Source: a virus
Taxonomy: Duplodnaviria; Caudoviricetes
IMG/VR virus record: IMGVR_UViG_3300014208_000026
Coordinates: 64,001 to 128,000 of that record
DNA: 64,000 bases
Strand: one strand, 5' to 3'
Shown: in pieces, positions 29,536-39,160 of the stretch
How positions within the stretch are numbered: the first letter of the stretch is position 1
Layout of the letters: each line of letters starts with the position of its first letter
The notes under the pieces: generated by a model
Told to the model about the DNA's origin: nothing
Database searches by the model: none
What the model saw: only the letters and a program-made list of their open reading frames with translations
Program-made: the position numbers and the translations under genes

Positions 29536-29925
29536 ATGCCCGACCGGAATCTTACAACCCGAATTGCCCAAAGGCACTTGCAGGCTCGCAAGTTTGTCTT
29601 GACTCCGCAGGTAGTCGCCGAGTTCCGCAAAGAATTCCTGATGTTGATGAAGAACCTGAAGCGAGTTCAGGATTACGAAGGGGCGATGGCCCTGAAGGAG
29701 GCTCTCCGTACCTGGAACCAGGACATGGATTTCTTTTTCGAGCAAATCCGTGATTTCCTCGAAGATCTGGTTCGAACCGAGAAAGACTCCGGTACAGGTA
29801 AATGGGCGGAGCATTACCTCAAGGAGTTAGGTCCGAGTTTCGGGGCTTTTCTGCATTGGGTTCCACATCTTCCGGTGACTAGGGTGGGGACGGTAACTTT
29901 TGATTTTGATTTCGATTTTAGATAG
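29536..29925 (+). CDS. N-terminal fragment of the giant polyvalent gene, cut by the IS607-like insertion
   Basis: Starts with a RIAQRHLQA tag; its last codons (VTFDFDFDFR*) lie in T-rich IS left-end-like sequence; joins in frame to the 31131 ORF at CGG. Confidence 0.6.
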   Translation: MPDRNLTTRIAQRHLQARKFVLTPQVVAEFRKEFLMLMKNLKRVQDYEGAMALKEALRTWNQDMDFFFEQIRDFLEDLVRTEKDSGTGKWAEHYLKELGPSFGAFLHWVPHLPVTRVGTVTFDFDFDFR

Positions 29926-31143
29926 GAAATTTCATATGATCTTGGCACACCGCATACAGCTTGACCCGACTTTCAAACAGGTCCGGTATTTTGTCCAAGC
30001 CAGCGGTACGCACAGATTCGTTTCTAACTGGGCTTTGGCTGAGTGGAATCGGCTTTACGAAGCCGGAGAGAAGCCAGACGGAATGAAGTTGAGGAAATCT
30101 TTCAACTCCCGTTACCCCAAGGAGTTCCCTTGGATCTCGGAACTCCACAGGGACTGTCATTCACAGCCTTTTAACGATCTCCAAGTGGCATTCTCTAGGT
30201 ATTTCAAAGGCGAGGCCAAGCATCCTGTATTCAAGAAAAAGGGAGAGCACGATTCTTTCTATGTAGCAAATGACATTATCTCTTTGGATGAGTCAAGAGT
30301 TCGAATTCCACGTTTGGGTTGGGTTCGGATGACGGAGCCCCTCCGGTTCGCGGGGAAAATTATGAGTGCCCGAGTCACGAGAACCGCTGACAAGTGGTTT
30401 ATTTCTGTCCAGGTGGACATAGGAGATCCCGCTCAAAGTGGTCAGTGGGAGCGAATTTCTGACGGGACAGTCGGGGTAGACCTGGGAATCAAGCATGCAG
30501 TGGTCACCTCCGACAATGAGGTATTCGACGGCCCTAAGCCTCTGAAGAAGAACTTGGAGAAGCTTAAACGTTTGCAGCGACAACACGCCCGTAAGCAGAA
30601 GGGCTCCAAGAACAGGCACAAACTCACGATGCGGCTGGCTCGGCTCCACGCCAAGATCGCGAACATCCGGAAGGACTTTCTACACAAAGTGACGACCAAG
30701 ATCTGTCGTGAGAACCAAACGATAGTTCTTGAGGATCTGAACGTAGCGGGGATGATCAAGAATCATAAGCTAGCTCGGGCGATCATGGATATTGGGTTTG
30801 GAGAGTTCAGGAGGCAGGTTGAGTACAAGTCCGGCCTCTACGGGAACACCCTAATTCTGGCGGACCGGTTCTATCCTTCTTCTAAGTTGTGTTCAAAGTG
30901 TGGACACAAAAAAGAGGATCTGACTCTAAAGGATCGGACGTATTGTTGTGAAGCTTGTGGTGCTGAGATCGACCGGGATCTCAATGCGGCTTTGAATTTG
31001 CGTAATCTAAGTACCCTCGGCTTGAGGGGAGCTTCCGGAGGCGATCTACCTCCGGTAAAAGCCTGTGGACCGAAAGAGCCTCGGAGCGTCGGGAAGAAGC
31101 AGGAACCGAAACGTGTGAAGGGATAAATCCATGCACAAGTCGG
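29894..31143 (+). mobile_element. Non-autonomous IS607-like element (tnpB only); boundaries inferred
   Basis: CGG at both junctions (ACGG 29890-93 or CCGG 29872-75; TCGG 31140-43); T-rich repeats at the left end; omegaRNA-like hairpin at the right end. Confidence 0.6.
29936..31126 (+). CDS. tnpB: TnpB RNA-guided endonuclease
   Basis: MILAHRIQLDP HTH_OrfB-like start, VGVDLG, IVLEDLNV, PSSKLCSKCG..CEACG..DRDLNAA; start at ATG 29936. Confidence 0.92.
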   Translation: MILAHRIQLDPTFKQVRYFVQASGTHRFVSNWALAEWNRLYEAGEKPDGMKLRKSFNSRYPKEFPWISELHRDCHSQPFNDLQVAFSRYFKGEAKHPVFKKKGEHDSFYVANDIISLDESRVRIPRLGWVRMTEPLRFAGKIMSARVTRTADKWFISVQVDIGDPAQSGQWERISDGTVGVDLGIKHAVVTSDNEVFDGPKPLKKNLEKLKRLQRQHARKQKGSKNRHKLTMRLARLHAKIANIRKDFLHKVTTKICRENQTIVLEDLNVAGMIKNHKLARAIMDIGFGEFRRQVEYKSGLYGNTLILADRFYPSSKLCSKCGHKKEDLTLKDRTYCCEACGAEIDRDLNAALNLRNLSTLGLRGASGGDLPPVKACGPKEPRSVGKKQEPKRVKG

Positions 31144-34100
31144 ATGAGCAGTATCAGTACGCCGATTTTCTGAAGGAACTGCCAACCTGGGAGAACCGAA
31201 TCCGCGCCAAGTCCTCGACCGCTTGGAAGTATCTCGCCGAGTTGGCGGAGTGGGCTGTACGGGATGATTTCGGCGGAGGTGGCGGGAAGCCCGTAGTCCT
31301 ACGGAGGAGAGAGAAAGAGAACGTCCGGTTGGAGGGGTTTGCAACCCAACTCGTAGGATACGAGGACGATGAAGAATGGCACAGAGATAATCTTGCACGC
31401 CTGAAGGCGGGTCTTGCCCTGTACCGGAAACGGGCTCAGGCGGTCTATCCTTGGCTGCTGAAGTACCAACTCCCCCTGGTCGTGAACTTCGAAGAGTCTT
31501 CTCGGGAGGACTCCGCCGCTAGTTACGAACGCTCTTTCATTCGGATTGGGGTTTGGGCTGTCTCCGACCTCCCCATGGATTTTGTTCATGCCCTAGCTCA
31601 CGAGATGGGGCACCACATGTTCAAGACCCTGGTGACAGCCCAAGGTCGGGAAGCATGGACTGCTTTCATCAAGGGGTCTTACAAGGCGCTTGACCTCCGG
31701 GACGTGCTAGCAAAGTCACGTCCAGATGAAACTCTGTTCCGGTTGGACGATAGGATTCAGCGGGAGGATCCCATCCTCCACATTCAGCTACAGACCCTTA
31801 TCTATGACCCGCGGTACAAAGAGTACGATTTGATCAGCACTACGAGCATCAAGGAGTACCTGGACGCGGGGAAAGACCCGATCGTCCAGGTTCCGGCCCA
31901 TGCCATTTCGGGCTACGCAGGGAAGAACCAAGAGGAAGCGTTCTGCGAGGCGTTCGGGAACCTTGTGGGCTATGGTTCTCGTTCCGTACTGCTTGAGGTT
32001 CGTGGGTTCCTTCAGTCTCTGTTGCCAGGGCTCAAGACGGCTTCAAAGACGGCCGGATTGGCGGATGATCTCGAAAACAGGGTCCAGGTTCTAATCAAGG
32101 ACTATGAAGCAGCCCTGTCCGATCCCAAGGTCCGTAACAACTATCAGGCCATGGTTTCAATCGGGCAGGCTTTTAAGGATTGGTTCCTGTCGAAGTTCCA
32201 AACAGGGTTGGCGAGGACTCCAGTAGGGGGTAAGACGGTCAAGAAGGCCGTTGATATGTTCCTGTGGATGGCTACGGCTGCTGTACACCAGGACGGGAAG
32301 ACCAAGCGTTTGCGTGAGGGCTGGGACGAGTTCAAGCCTTTCGTTCCGGAACTGCTGAGGCTCTTTTCTCCCGAGGGACACCTTTCGGTCGAGACCGAGA
32401 TCCAAGGAATCCATGCCGCGTACCTGAATCCAAAGGGACTGGCCACGCCCACTTTCAAGAAGTACGTGAAGGCCCTGGACGTCCTGTTTGGTTCCCTGCA
32501 GGGCTGGAGAAAGAGGGCTCTCGTTGGAAACTTGAAAGTCGCCCTGGCTGGGGCGGATAGTTTCCGCGGGACCGCCTCTGGCAAGTACGTTACGGCCGAG
32601 GATACCCTGTACGTGCGAGCTACACCCAACGTTCTGAAAAGAACTCCCGGGAAGTACGCCTCTCCCGACTACATTCTCATCCACGAGTTGGGGCACCGGT
32701 ACGAAAAGAAGGTTGGGGCCAGTGTGGATTTCGACAGGGAAGCATGGCGCACGACTAGGTATAGCCTCACAGAGAGCATGTCCGGCCACTCTGAAGCTTT
32801 TGCAGAACTGTTTGCCCTCGGGCATTTCGGTATCACCGAGTTGTCAGGCAAAGATTTCGGGAGCACTCTGGAGAAGTTCGAGAAGCTCATGACTACGGGA
32901 AAGATGGCGTCCGTTACAGACAAGCTGTTCCGTCTGTACGAACGGCGGGGCGAGCTTCATTCGCAGTGCGGAATGCCGGACGGGGATGAGAGGTTCGTTT
33001 GTCCTGAGTGCGGCAAAGTGATTCAAGCAAAGTGCCCGGGTCCGCCCGAAGGAAAAACGGATAGGGCGGTGGTTTGCCGTGACTGTGAGCAGAACCTCAG
33101 GGGCACGACCGGACAGGTAAAAGTCGGAGGGATCATTGAGGCCCCTCCCAAGTTGGTGGAAGAGATCACGAAGTGGGCGTTCCACGTCACGGCGGAGAGC
33201 CGGATTCAGAATATCGATGAGACCCTAGAGTACCAGTTCAGGAACACCCCTCCGGAGAAACGCTCGAAAGGGCATAACGATCTGATAGCAAAAGAACGAC
33301 AGGAACAAGATTTCCTCAAAAAGTACCTCTCTAGCGAATATGCCGGTTGGGGGACCAAGCACCATTTCCGTGTGGCCGAGTACCTAGCAGGATGGAAATA
33401 CTTAGGACTTGGAAAGAAATCGGGTGGGTCTAGGGAGTACAACGACCAGACAACAATCGAAGTCATCCTAGTCCGTTATAACTACAAAGGCTACAATAAT
33501 GGCAGGGGTGGTTCCTGGGACAAAGATGCAAAAACTCTTCGGGTGTTCCTGCCCTATAGTTTGAAGCTTCAGCAGGACATCAGCGGTCTGGAGAATATGG
33601 TTGAGCATGAGTGCCGACATTTTGCTCAGTCCTACCTCCAAGATGCCATAGGGGTTGCGGAGGCAGGGTTTCCCCCCAGGAAGATTCGGACACCACAGTA
33701 CCAGCAGAACACCTCTCAACCTGGGCATAGGGGAGATCCCTCTCTCGAAGATCACAACCTCGATGATGTTGAGTTTTTCACGGACCTGGGGAGTGCGATC
33801 CGGGAGTTTAAGTTAGGGGTTTCTTTGAACAAGATTCCCAAGAAATCGTGGGATGAGGCTTTGGACGTATTCACGGGCGTAAAGGATAGGGTGTCGGGGG
33901 CTGCTGTTCTTGAGTCTGTCTTTTTCTATCACCTCAAGCACAATGAGAAGGCTCGTGGTAAATACCTCCGTGCGATCAAAGAAATCCGAAAAGCCATGCA
34001 GTACAAAGGTGGTAGGGCTGTCCTGGCTTCTACCGCTTCTCCTTTGCTCCAACTGAACGCCTCTGCCAGCAACCTGGAAACTCTCCTGGCCCAGTTGATT

Positions 34101-37100
34101 GAAGGAGCCCAGGACGCCAAGGCACTCGAAACTTCAATCGGGTTTAACCTTCGTGATCTCCCCAAAATGCTGGCCGAGGCAGTCCACAGCGACGATGATT
34201 ATCACAACGGGGAGTCTGTCCTCCAGCACACCAAGGAGGTTTTATCGGACCTGGAAGAGCATCTCGAAGGGCTCGACGCCATCCAGAAGCAAGTGTTCCG
34301 GCTGGTGGCGGTGCTCCATGACCTGGGTAAGCCCGTGACCCACGAGTTCGTGGAAGGGCACCACAGGTTCCAGGGACACGCTGATGTATCTTTGGAGATT
34401 GCCAAGGCCCTTCTCCAATCGTTCGAGGCGGAAGCCTCCGATCTGGTTAAGCAGATTCTGTTGCTCGTGAAGCACCACGATACCTTCCTCACCCTCATCA
34501 ACAACCGCGGGAACGCCACTTCCCCCGCCTACTTGAAGAAGTTCATGGCTAAGGAGATCGGGACGAAAGAGATCCTGTTGGACCTCGCTCGGTTTGCAAA
34601 GGCGGACTCCGCCCGAAGCAAGACCCTGGACAAAACCCTCAGCGATATCGCGGTTGTGCTGGGGGACGTAGACCGGTGGTTCGTCTTACAAGCGGAGAGG
34701 GAAGCCCAGAGGATTGAGCAAGAAGCACTGGCCTCAAAGAATCTTGTCGAGAGAAAGGACGAGATTCTGACCCTCTTGGAGTCTGCTGTGCCAGGGTCTT
34801 CGCAGCACTACCCCAATATCCAGGCTATCAAACGCGCTCTGGGGATGGCTAAGCAGTTTAAGGCCATTCGAGAGCTGGAGGACGTTTTGGGGCATAGGAA
34901 GACCGCAGCAGAGAGAGTCGCCTCCAGGTTCTTGAAACAGGCTACGAAGACGCCCGCCGAGAAAGAGGATGAGGCTGTTTCCGATCTGGTCAAGCCGGAC
35001 CCTAAATTAAAACCCCCCCGCTATGACCTTCGTAAGAGGCGGTTGGATACGGCGGACCCTGACCTGGATACCAGCAAAGAGGACAAGGACCTCTCTTTGA
35101 ACTATAAGAGGGTGGCTTTCGAGTGGTACACGGGACTCCCTGCGCTAGCCTCCCCTGCGAGGATTGCTTCCGCTTGGGTCTCAGCCGGAGTTGGAAAGAC
35201 CAAGCCCAAACAGACCGGTAAGAGCCAGAAGCGTTTGGAGAAGAAACAACGCAAGAACCCTTTGGCTTTGAAACCCGTCCCAGGATCTCCGCCTCCGCCT
35301 GCTCCTGGTTCGGCTAAGAAGACGGAAGAGCCGGAGCACAAGGCCGGAGACGTGTGGGAGACGGAAAAGGGCTGGACGGCCAAGAATCCAGACGGTAAGG
35401 CCCACGTCTTTACGGAAGAGGACGGTAAGGATCGGGCCCAGGCTTACGCCAAGGGCAAGGAGTACGAGGAAGAGGAAGATAAGAAGCCCGGATCCGAAGA
35501 GATGAAGCCCCCTGGAACGCTCAGCGCTAAAACCTGGGCTAAGCTGAGCCCTCTTCTAAAGAAGGACACCATCACAGAGGAAGATTTCCGGACAGCGTTG
35601 GGTACGGATAATATCTGGGGAACCATCAATCAACTAGATGGTCATATGACGGAGGATGCTGATGGTAACTGGCACCCTAAAACTCCGAAAGAATCTGAGA
35701 AGCCTAAACCTGAAAGCGAAACCAAGGAGCCGGATGAAGTAGCGCCGGAGGACAAGGCCCTCGATGATTTAGACAAGGATCAAGACGACAAGGATCTCGA
35801 TGATCTTGACAAGGAAGAACCCTCTGTCGAGGATTGGGTTCGAGGGATGAAGGATAAGGCCGGGTTCAAAGAGACGGTTAAGAGTTTGAAGAAGGTGTTT
35901 GATTCTGCAAAAGGTGAACTGTCAGGGGCAGAGGACTCCCTGTCTGTAGATAACGATATGGTCAGGGTCGTTCTTGAAGGTTTGGCTGTCCCTAAAGGGG
36001 TGTTTAAGACGGTTGGTGACATTCGTGATTTTGTGCAATCTGAGAAGACGCACGCCAAGCTGGTAGGAAAGCCGAAGGAGCCTGAGAAGAAACAAGAGCC
36101 TGAGAAGAAACAAGAGCCTGAGAAGAAACAAGAGCCTGAGAAACAGCTCCTCCCAGACACTAAGACGGAACAAGATAAGGGGAAGGGCGCTCCCGATACC
36201 GGTAACCCTGACAAGACCGAGCAAGATAAGGGGAAAGGTGCTCCCGCTTCCACTAACCCCAATGAGGATCCGGACCTCGATTCGTTGGACGATGAGCATT
36301 CCAAGAAAAGTAAGATAGGGGATTGGGTTGACTGGATGCCCAATGAGAAAGAGTTTGTCAAAGCAGTGGCTGGTCTCCATAAGGCTTTCGACCCGAAAGA
36401 GGGTCCGTTGGCTGCTTTGTCTACGGACACCTCCACGGAGGATCCTACTGTAGAAAAGGCTCTCGACGAGATCGGTGTTCCCAAGGGGACTTTCAAGACG
36501 GTCGGGGACGTAGCAGAGTTTCTCCAGAGTGAGAAATCCTATGCTGCCCGAGCCGGAAAGGCTCGCGCTAAGGCCGAAAAACACCTTTCGAAACTGGATG
36601 CTTTGGATAAGAAGAATATTGTCCTGAAGGGGCGAATGTTCCTAGAAGAGCAGGCGGAAGCTGGAAAAACAGACGAAGATCCGTTTAACGAAAGTGAGTA
36701 TGCTTTCGAGTTGGGGTTGCCTGACTCTGCATTCAAGACCTTGGGGCAGGTTAAACGTTTCATCGACGAACTCAGCGCCAAGGAAGGCGGCGAGCCTACA
36801 GAGGCTCAGAAAGAGAACCGTAAACGCCAGAAACAAAGAGACAAAGAGGTTAAGCAGAAAGCGTGGGACAGTCAGGTGAAGCAGCAAGAGTCTATCGGGA
36901 AAATCCTGAAGGGGATCGTTCCTGGCCCACGGTCCAGCGAAGACATGCATGCTCTGTCCAACCAGACTTTCGAGGCCGCCCATGCCCTGAACACAGAGGG
37001 CCGAACCGCTATGCTGTCGGAACTCAACAGCGAAGCCGCCCGTTACGACAAAGACTCTCCGGAGCACAAGCAGGTACAGAGGGCGATTGACGGTGTGTGT

Positions 37101-37820
37101 CTAGCACAGATTCTGAAGAACGAGGACGTCTCAGGGAGGCCCGAACCTTCGGAGTCTTTCATCCAACTCGCCAAAGTCCTTCATAGGAACGGTCATGCAG
37201 ACACTCTTCTGAATACAGTCGAGGACTTCACCTCTGCCGACAGTCGGAAGTACATTCACGACGCGATGGCAAATATGAGCGAAGCCGAGTTCGTCAAGTT
37301 CGCCGGAGGACACGACGGTCCGATGAAGGAACTTATCTCGACCATGACCGACCCGATGCTTTCAGAGGAACAGCGGGGCATGGCTCGCGAGTTCATGCAG
37401 GATGCAGCCCTTACCAACATGACTCTAGGGCATGCCCTAGTAGTTACCCACCTCAGGGGCCAGGAAGAAGGGGGCCAAGAAAGCCAAAGCAAAAAGAAGG
37501 CGCCTCAGTCTCAAGAGCAGAGGAGAGAAGCCGTCGCTAAGGTTGTCAACGCGGCCATGCAAGACCCTGCGTACACGCATTCTCGGGATCAGTGGCTTAC
37601 CTGCACCAAGACCGGTAAGTTCTTCGATGAGTGCAACGAACTCGCAGGCGAGACAAAACTTCGTCATGCAGCAGTTCTTCTGAAACATGCAGAAAAAGAG
37701 TTCGGTCCTATGTCTGACACGAATCCTGCCAAAGCCTTGATAGATAAGGCAATTAAGGACCACGATCCCACCGTTTTGGACATGGATACAGAGCCCGGCC
37801 TGATCAAACCCGCCGCCTAG
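31131..37820 (+). CDS. Giant polyvalent protein (2229 aa): three HExxH zincin-like domains, zinc finger, HD phosphohydrolase, low-complexity and repeated C-terminal domains
   Basis: HEMGH (31599), HELGH (32682), HECRH (33606); CPEC..CRDC; H..H..LHDLGK..HADVS..HHD; RVASRFL at 34914. Confidence 0.85.
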   Translation: MHKSDEQYQYADFLKELPTWENRIRAKSSTAWKYLAELAEWAVRDDFGGGGGKPVVLRRREKENVRLEGFATQLVGYEDDEEWHRDNLARLKAGLALYRKRAQAVYPWLLKYQLPLVVNFEESSREDSAASYERSFIRIGVWAVSDLPMDFVHALAHEMGHHMFKTLVTAQGREAWTAFIKGSYKALDLRDVLAKSRPDETLFRLDDRIQREDPILHIQLQTLIYDPRYKEYDLISTTSIKEYLDAGKDPIVQVPAHAISGYAGKNQEEAFCEAFGNLVGYGSRSVLLEVRGFLQSLLPGLKTASKTAGLADDLENRVQVLIKDYEAALSDPKVRNNYQAMVSIGQAFKDWFLSKFQTGLARTPVGGKTVKKAVDMFLWMATAAVHQDGKTKRLREGWDEFKPFVPELLRLFSPEGHLSVETEIQGIHAAYLNPKGLATPTFKKYVKALDVLFGSLQGWRKRALVGNLKVALAGADSFRGTASGKYVTAEDTLYVRATPNVLKRTPGKYASPDYILIHELGHRYEKKVGASVDFDREAWRTTRYSLTESMSGHSEAFAELFALGHFGITELSGKDFGSTLEKFEKLMTTGKMASVTDKLFRLYERRGELHSQCGMPDGDERFVCPECGKVIQAKCPGPPEGKTDRAVVCRDCEQNLRGTTGQVKVGGIIEAPPKLVEEITKWAFHVTAESRIQNIDETLEYQFRNTPPEKRSKGHNDLIAKERQEQDFLKKYLSSEYAGWGTKHHFRVAEYLAGWKYLGLGKKSGGSREYNDQTTIEVILVRYNYKGYNNGRGGSWDKDAKTLRVFLPYSLKLQQDISGLENMVEHECRHFAQSYLQDAIGVAEAGFPPRKIRTPQYQQNTSQPGHRGDPSLEDHNLDDVEFFTDLGSAIREFKLGVSLNKIPKKSWDEALDVFTGVKDRVSGAAVLESVFFYHLKHNEKARGKYLRAIKEIRKAMQYKGGRAVLASTASPLLQLNASASNLETLLAQLIEGAQDAKALETSIGFNLRDLPKMLAEAVHSDDDYHNGESVLQHTKEVLSDLEEHLEGLDAIQKQVFRLVAVLHDLGKPVTHEFVEGHHRFQGHADVSLEIAKALLQSFEAEASDLVKQILLLVKHHDTFLTLINNRGNATSPAYLKKFMAKEIGTKEILLDLARFAKADSARSKTLDKTLSDIAVVLGDVDRWFVLQAEREAQRIEQEALASKNLVERKDEILTLLESAVPGSSQHYPNIQAIKRALGMAKQFKAIRELEDVLGHRKTAAERVASRFLKQATKTPAEKEDEAVSDLVKPDPKLKPPRYDLRKRRLDTADPDLDTSKEDKDLSLNYKRVAFEWYTGLPALASPARIASAWVSAGVGKTKPKQTGKSQKRLEKKQRKNPLALKPVPGSPPPPAPGSAKKTEEPEHKAGDVWETEKGWTAKNPDGKAHVFTEEDGKDRAQAYAKGKEYEEEEDKKPGSEEMKPPGTLSAKTWAKLSPLLKKDTITEEDFRTALGTDNIWGTINQLDGHMTEDADGNWHPKTPKESEKPKPESETKEPDEVAPEDKALDDLDKDQDDKDLDDLDKEEPSVEDWVRGMKDKAGFKETVKSLKKVFDSAKGELSGAEDSLSVDNDMVRVVLEGLAVPKGVFKTVGDIRDFVQSEKTHAKLVGKPKEPEKKQEPEKKQEPEKKQEPEKQLLPDTKTEQDKGKGAPDTGNPDKTEQDKGKGAPASTNPNEDPDLDSLDDEHSKKSKIGDWVDWMPNEKEFVKAVAGLHKAFDPKEGPLAALSTDTSTEDPTVEKALDEIGVPKGTFKTVGDVAEFLQSEKSYAARAGKARAKAEKHLSKLDALDKKNIVLKGRMFLEEQAEAGKTDEDPFNESEYAFELGLPDSAFKTLGQVKRFIDELSAKEGGEPTEAQKENRKRQKQRDKEVKQKAWDSQVKQQESIGKILKGIVPGPRSSEDMHALSNQTFEAAHALNTEGRTAMLSELNSEAARYDKDSPEHKQVQRAIDGVCLAQILKNEDVSGRPEPSESFIQLAKVLHRNGHADTLLNTVEDFTSADSRKYIHDAMANMSEAEFVKFAGGHDGPMKELISTMTDPMLSEEQRGMAREFMQDAALTNMTLGHALVVTHLRGQEEGGQESQSKKKAPQSQEQRREAVAKVVNAAMQDPAYTHSRDQWLTCTKTGKFFDECNELAGETKLRHAAVLLKHAEKEFGPMSDTNPAKALIDKAIKDHDPTVLDMDTEPGLIKPAA
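36078..36142 (+). repeat. 18-bp coding tandem repeat (EPEKKQ x3 plus a partial copy)
   Basis: GAGCCTGAGAAGAAACAA occurs three times, then a partial copy. Confidence 0.9.
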
Positions 37821-37843
37821 AACAAAATTCTTTCAATATCTTC

Positions 37844-37864
37844 TCTATAAAGTCTCCGTAGTAG
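37844..37864 (+). promoter_or_regulatory. Putative late promoter of the head operon
   Basis: TCTATAA-N10-GTAG. Confidence 0.4.
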
Positions 37865-37929
37865 TGAAGGGCTTTGTGGTTTTGAGCCACGAGCACGTTC
37901 TAACCATGACTTCAAGAAGGAGATTTCGA

Positions 37930-38517
37930 ATGGGAAAGCTGACGCAGAAGGGGGCGCTCCTCGTGACTCGTGACATCAACAAGCTTGCGGCTCTCTTGGA
38001 GGCGGACCACGCGACCCTCGGGATTTCCCAGAAGGTTGCCGCCAATATGGTCGAGCGGCTGGATCGTGTCGCGGACCATATCGAGCGTGTTGCCGGTCTC
38101 GACCCGCAGGACGAAGAGAAGAAGGACGCTATCCTGGCGTCGTTCGACCCCAGCAATATCGGCGAAGAGCAGTCCGGTCCGATCGAGACGGTCGAAGCGG
38201 ATGAGCCGTTCATGCAGGGTGAGTTTACCCAGCAGGAGAATCGTGAGCTGGCCGACCGTCAGGAAGCGGGCGCTTTGGGCACCACTCCGATTCTCACTCC
38301 GCGGGCTCCGACTCCTGGCAAGCAGGCCGAGCTGAAGACCGCCGCTGAGGCGTTCCTTCGCCTCGCCAATGCCGAGAACGTCAAGGTCGGTGCCTATCTG
38401 AAGCAGCACATGGCTGCTGAGAAGGCCGCTGCTGAGGCTAAGGCCAAGACGGCCGCCGAACTCAAGTCGAAGCAGGCTGCTCAGGGTAGCGGTCACGGTT
38501 ATCGGCTGGACGCCTAG
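37930..38517 (+). CDS. Hypothetical head-associated protein
   Basis: Highly biased C/G-ending codons like the capsid genes; KTAA motifs. Confidence 0.65.
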   Translation: MGKLTQKGALLVTRDINKLAALLEADHATLGISQKVAANMVERLDRVADHIERVAGLDPQDEEKKDAILASFDPSNIGEEQSGPIETVEADEPFMQGEFTQQENRELADRQEAGALGTTPILTPRAPTPGKQAELKTAAEAFLRLANAENVKVGAYLKQHMAAEKAAAEAKAKTAAELKSKQAAQGSGHGYRLDA

Positions 38518-38542
38518 TCTCTTTCTTTTGGGAGGTTCCCTT

Positions 38543-39160
38543 ATGAGGGAAACTAAGAACAAGAAGAGAGCACAACTGATCACCGACTACCAAGCTCGGG
38601 CCTCCGAGTTTGCGGTTGGTACCAGGGTGGCGCCGATCGGCGTGGACGTCTATTCCCATACGGGAGAGGTGAAAGCCGTTTTCCCCGCTATCGGTATGGT
38701 GGACGTGGAGTTCGCTTGGGGCTCGCAGCGTTTCCCTGTTGAGGACCTCAATATCATCGAAGACGCTCCGCTGGCCGCCCCTCAGCACGATTCTATTCCT
38801 GGCGGTCCGGCAAAGGTTTCCGTTCCTGGCGGTCCGACTCCCAAGACTGCGGCCCAGCGGCAGAAGACCGCCAAGCGGGTTGCCGAGGCTTTCGTAATGG
38901 CTTCCATCACGAAGAACGCTCTCTACTGGGGTGACAGGGATCGGAAGTACCGTGCGACCAAGAGGGAACTGGGTGAGGGCAATTACTTCTGCCCGAAGCA
39001 TCGTGACGTCCCGCTGCGTCCCGCCGTGTTCATGCGGGAGAACGGTAAGAGCCTGCGTCTCATGGGTTGCCCCGAGTGCATGTTCCTTATCCGTCGAGAC
39101 GATATCTGTCACGAGAAGCCCGTGGTGAACGTGACTGTGGAAATCGAGGGGGCTGAATAG
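38543..39160 (+). CDS. Hypothetical protein (SH3-like plus C-terminal zinc ribbon)
   Basis: FAVGTRV..VDVEF SH3-like segment; CPKH..GCPEC; RBS GGAGG. Confidence 0.65.
   Translation: MRETKNKKRAQLITDYQARASEFAVGTRVAPIGVDVYSHTGEVKAVFPAIGMVDVEFAWGSQRFPVEDLNIIEDAPLAAPQHDSIPGGPAKVSVPGGPTPKTAAQRQKTAKRVAEAFVMASITKNALYWGDRDRKYRATKRELGEGNYFCPKHRDVPLRPAVFMRENGKSLRLMGCPECMFLIRRDDICHEKPVVNVTVEIEGAE

Noticed and set aside
29876-29935. IStron (group I intron plus IS) for the second tnpB
   Set aside because: Only about 40-60 nt lie between the left junction and the tnpB start, too short for a ribozyme.
35985-36530. FKTVGD repeat resembling the C-terminal helix of acyl carrier proteins
   Set aside because: No conserved DSL phosphopantetheine serine; the resemblance is too short.
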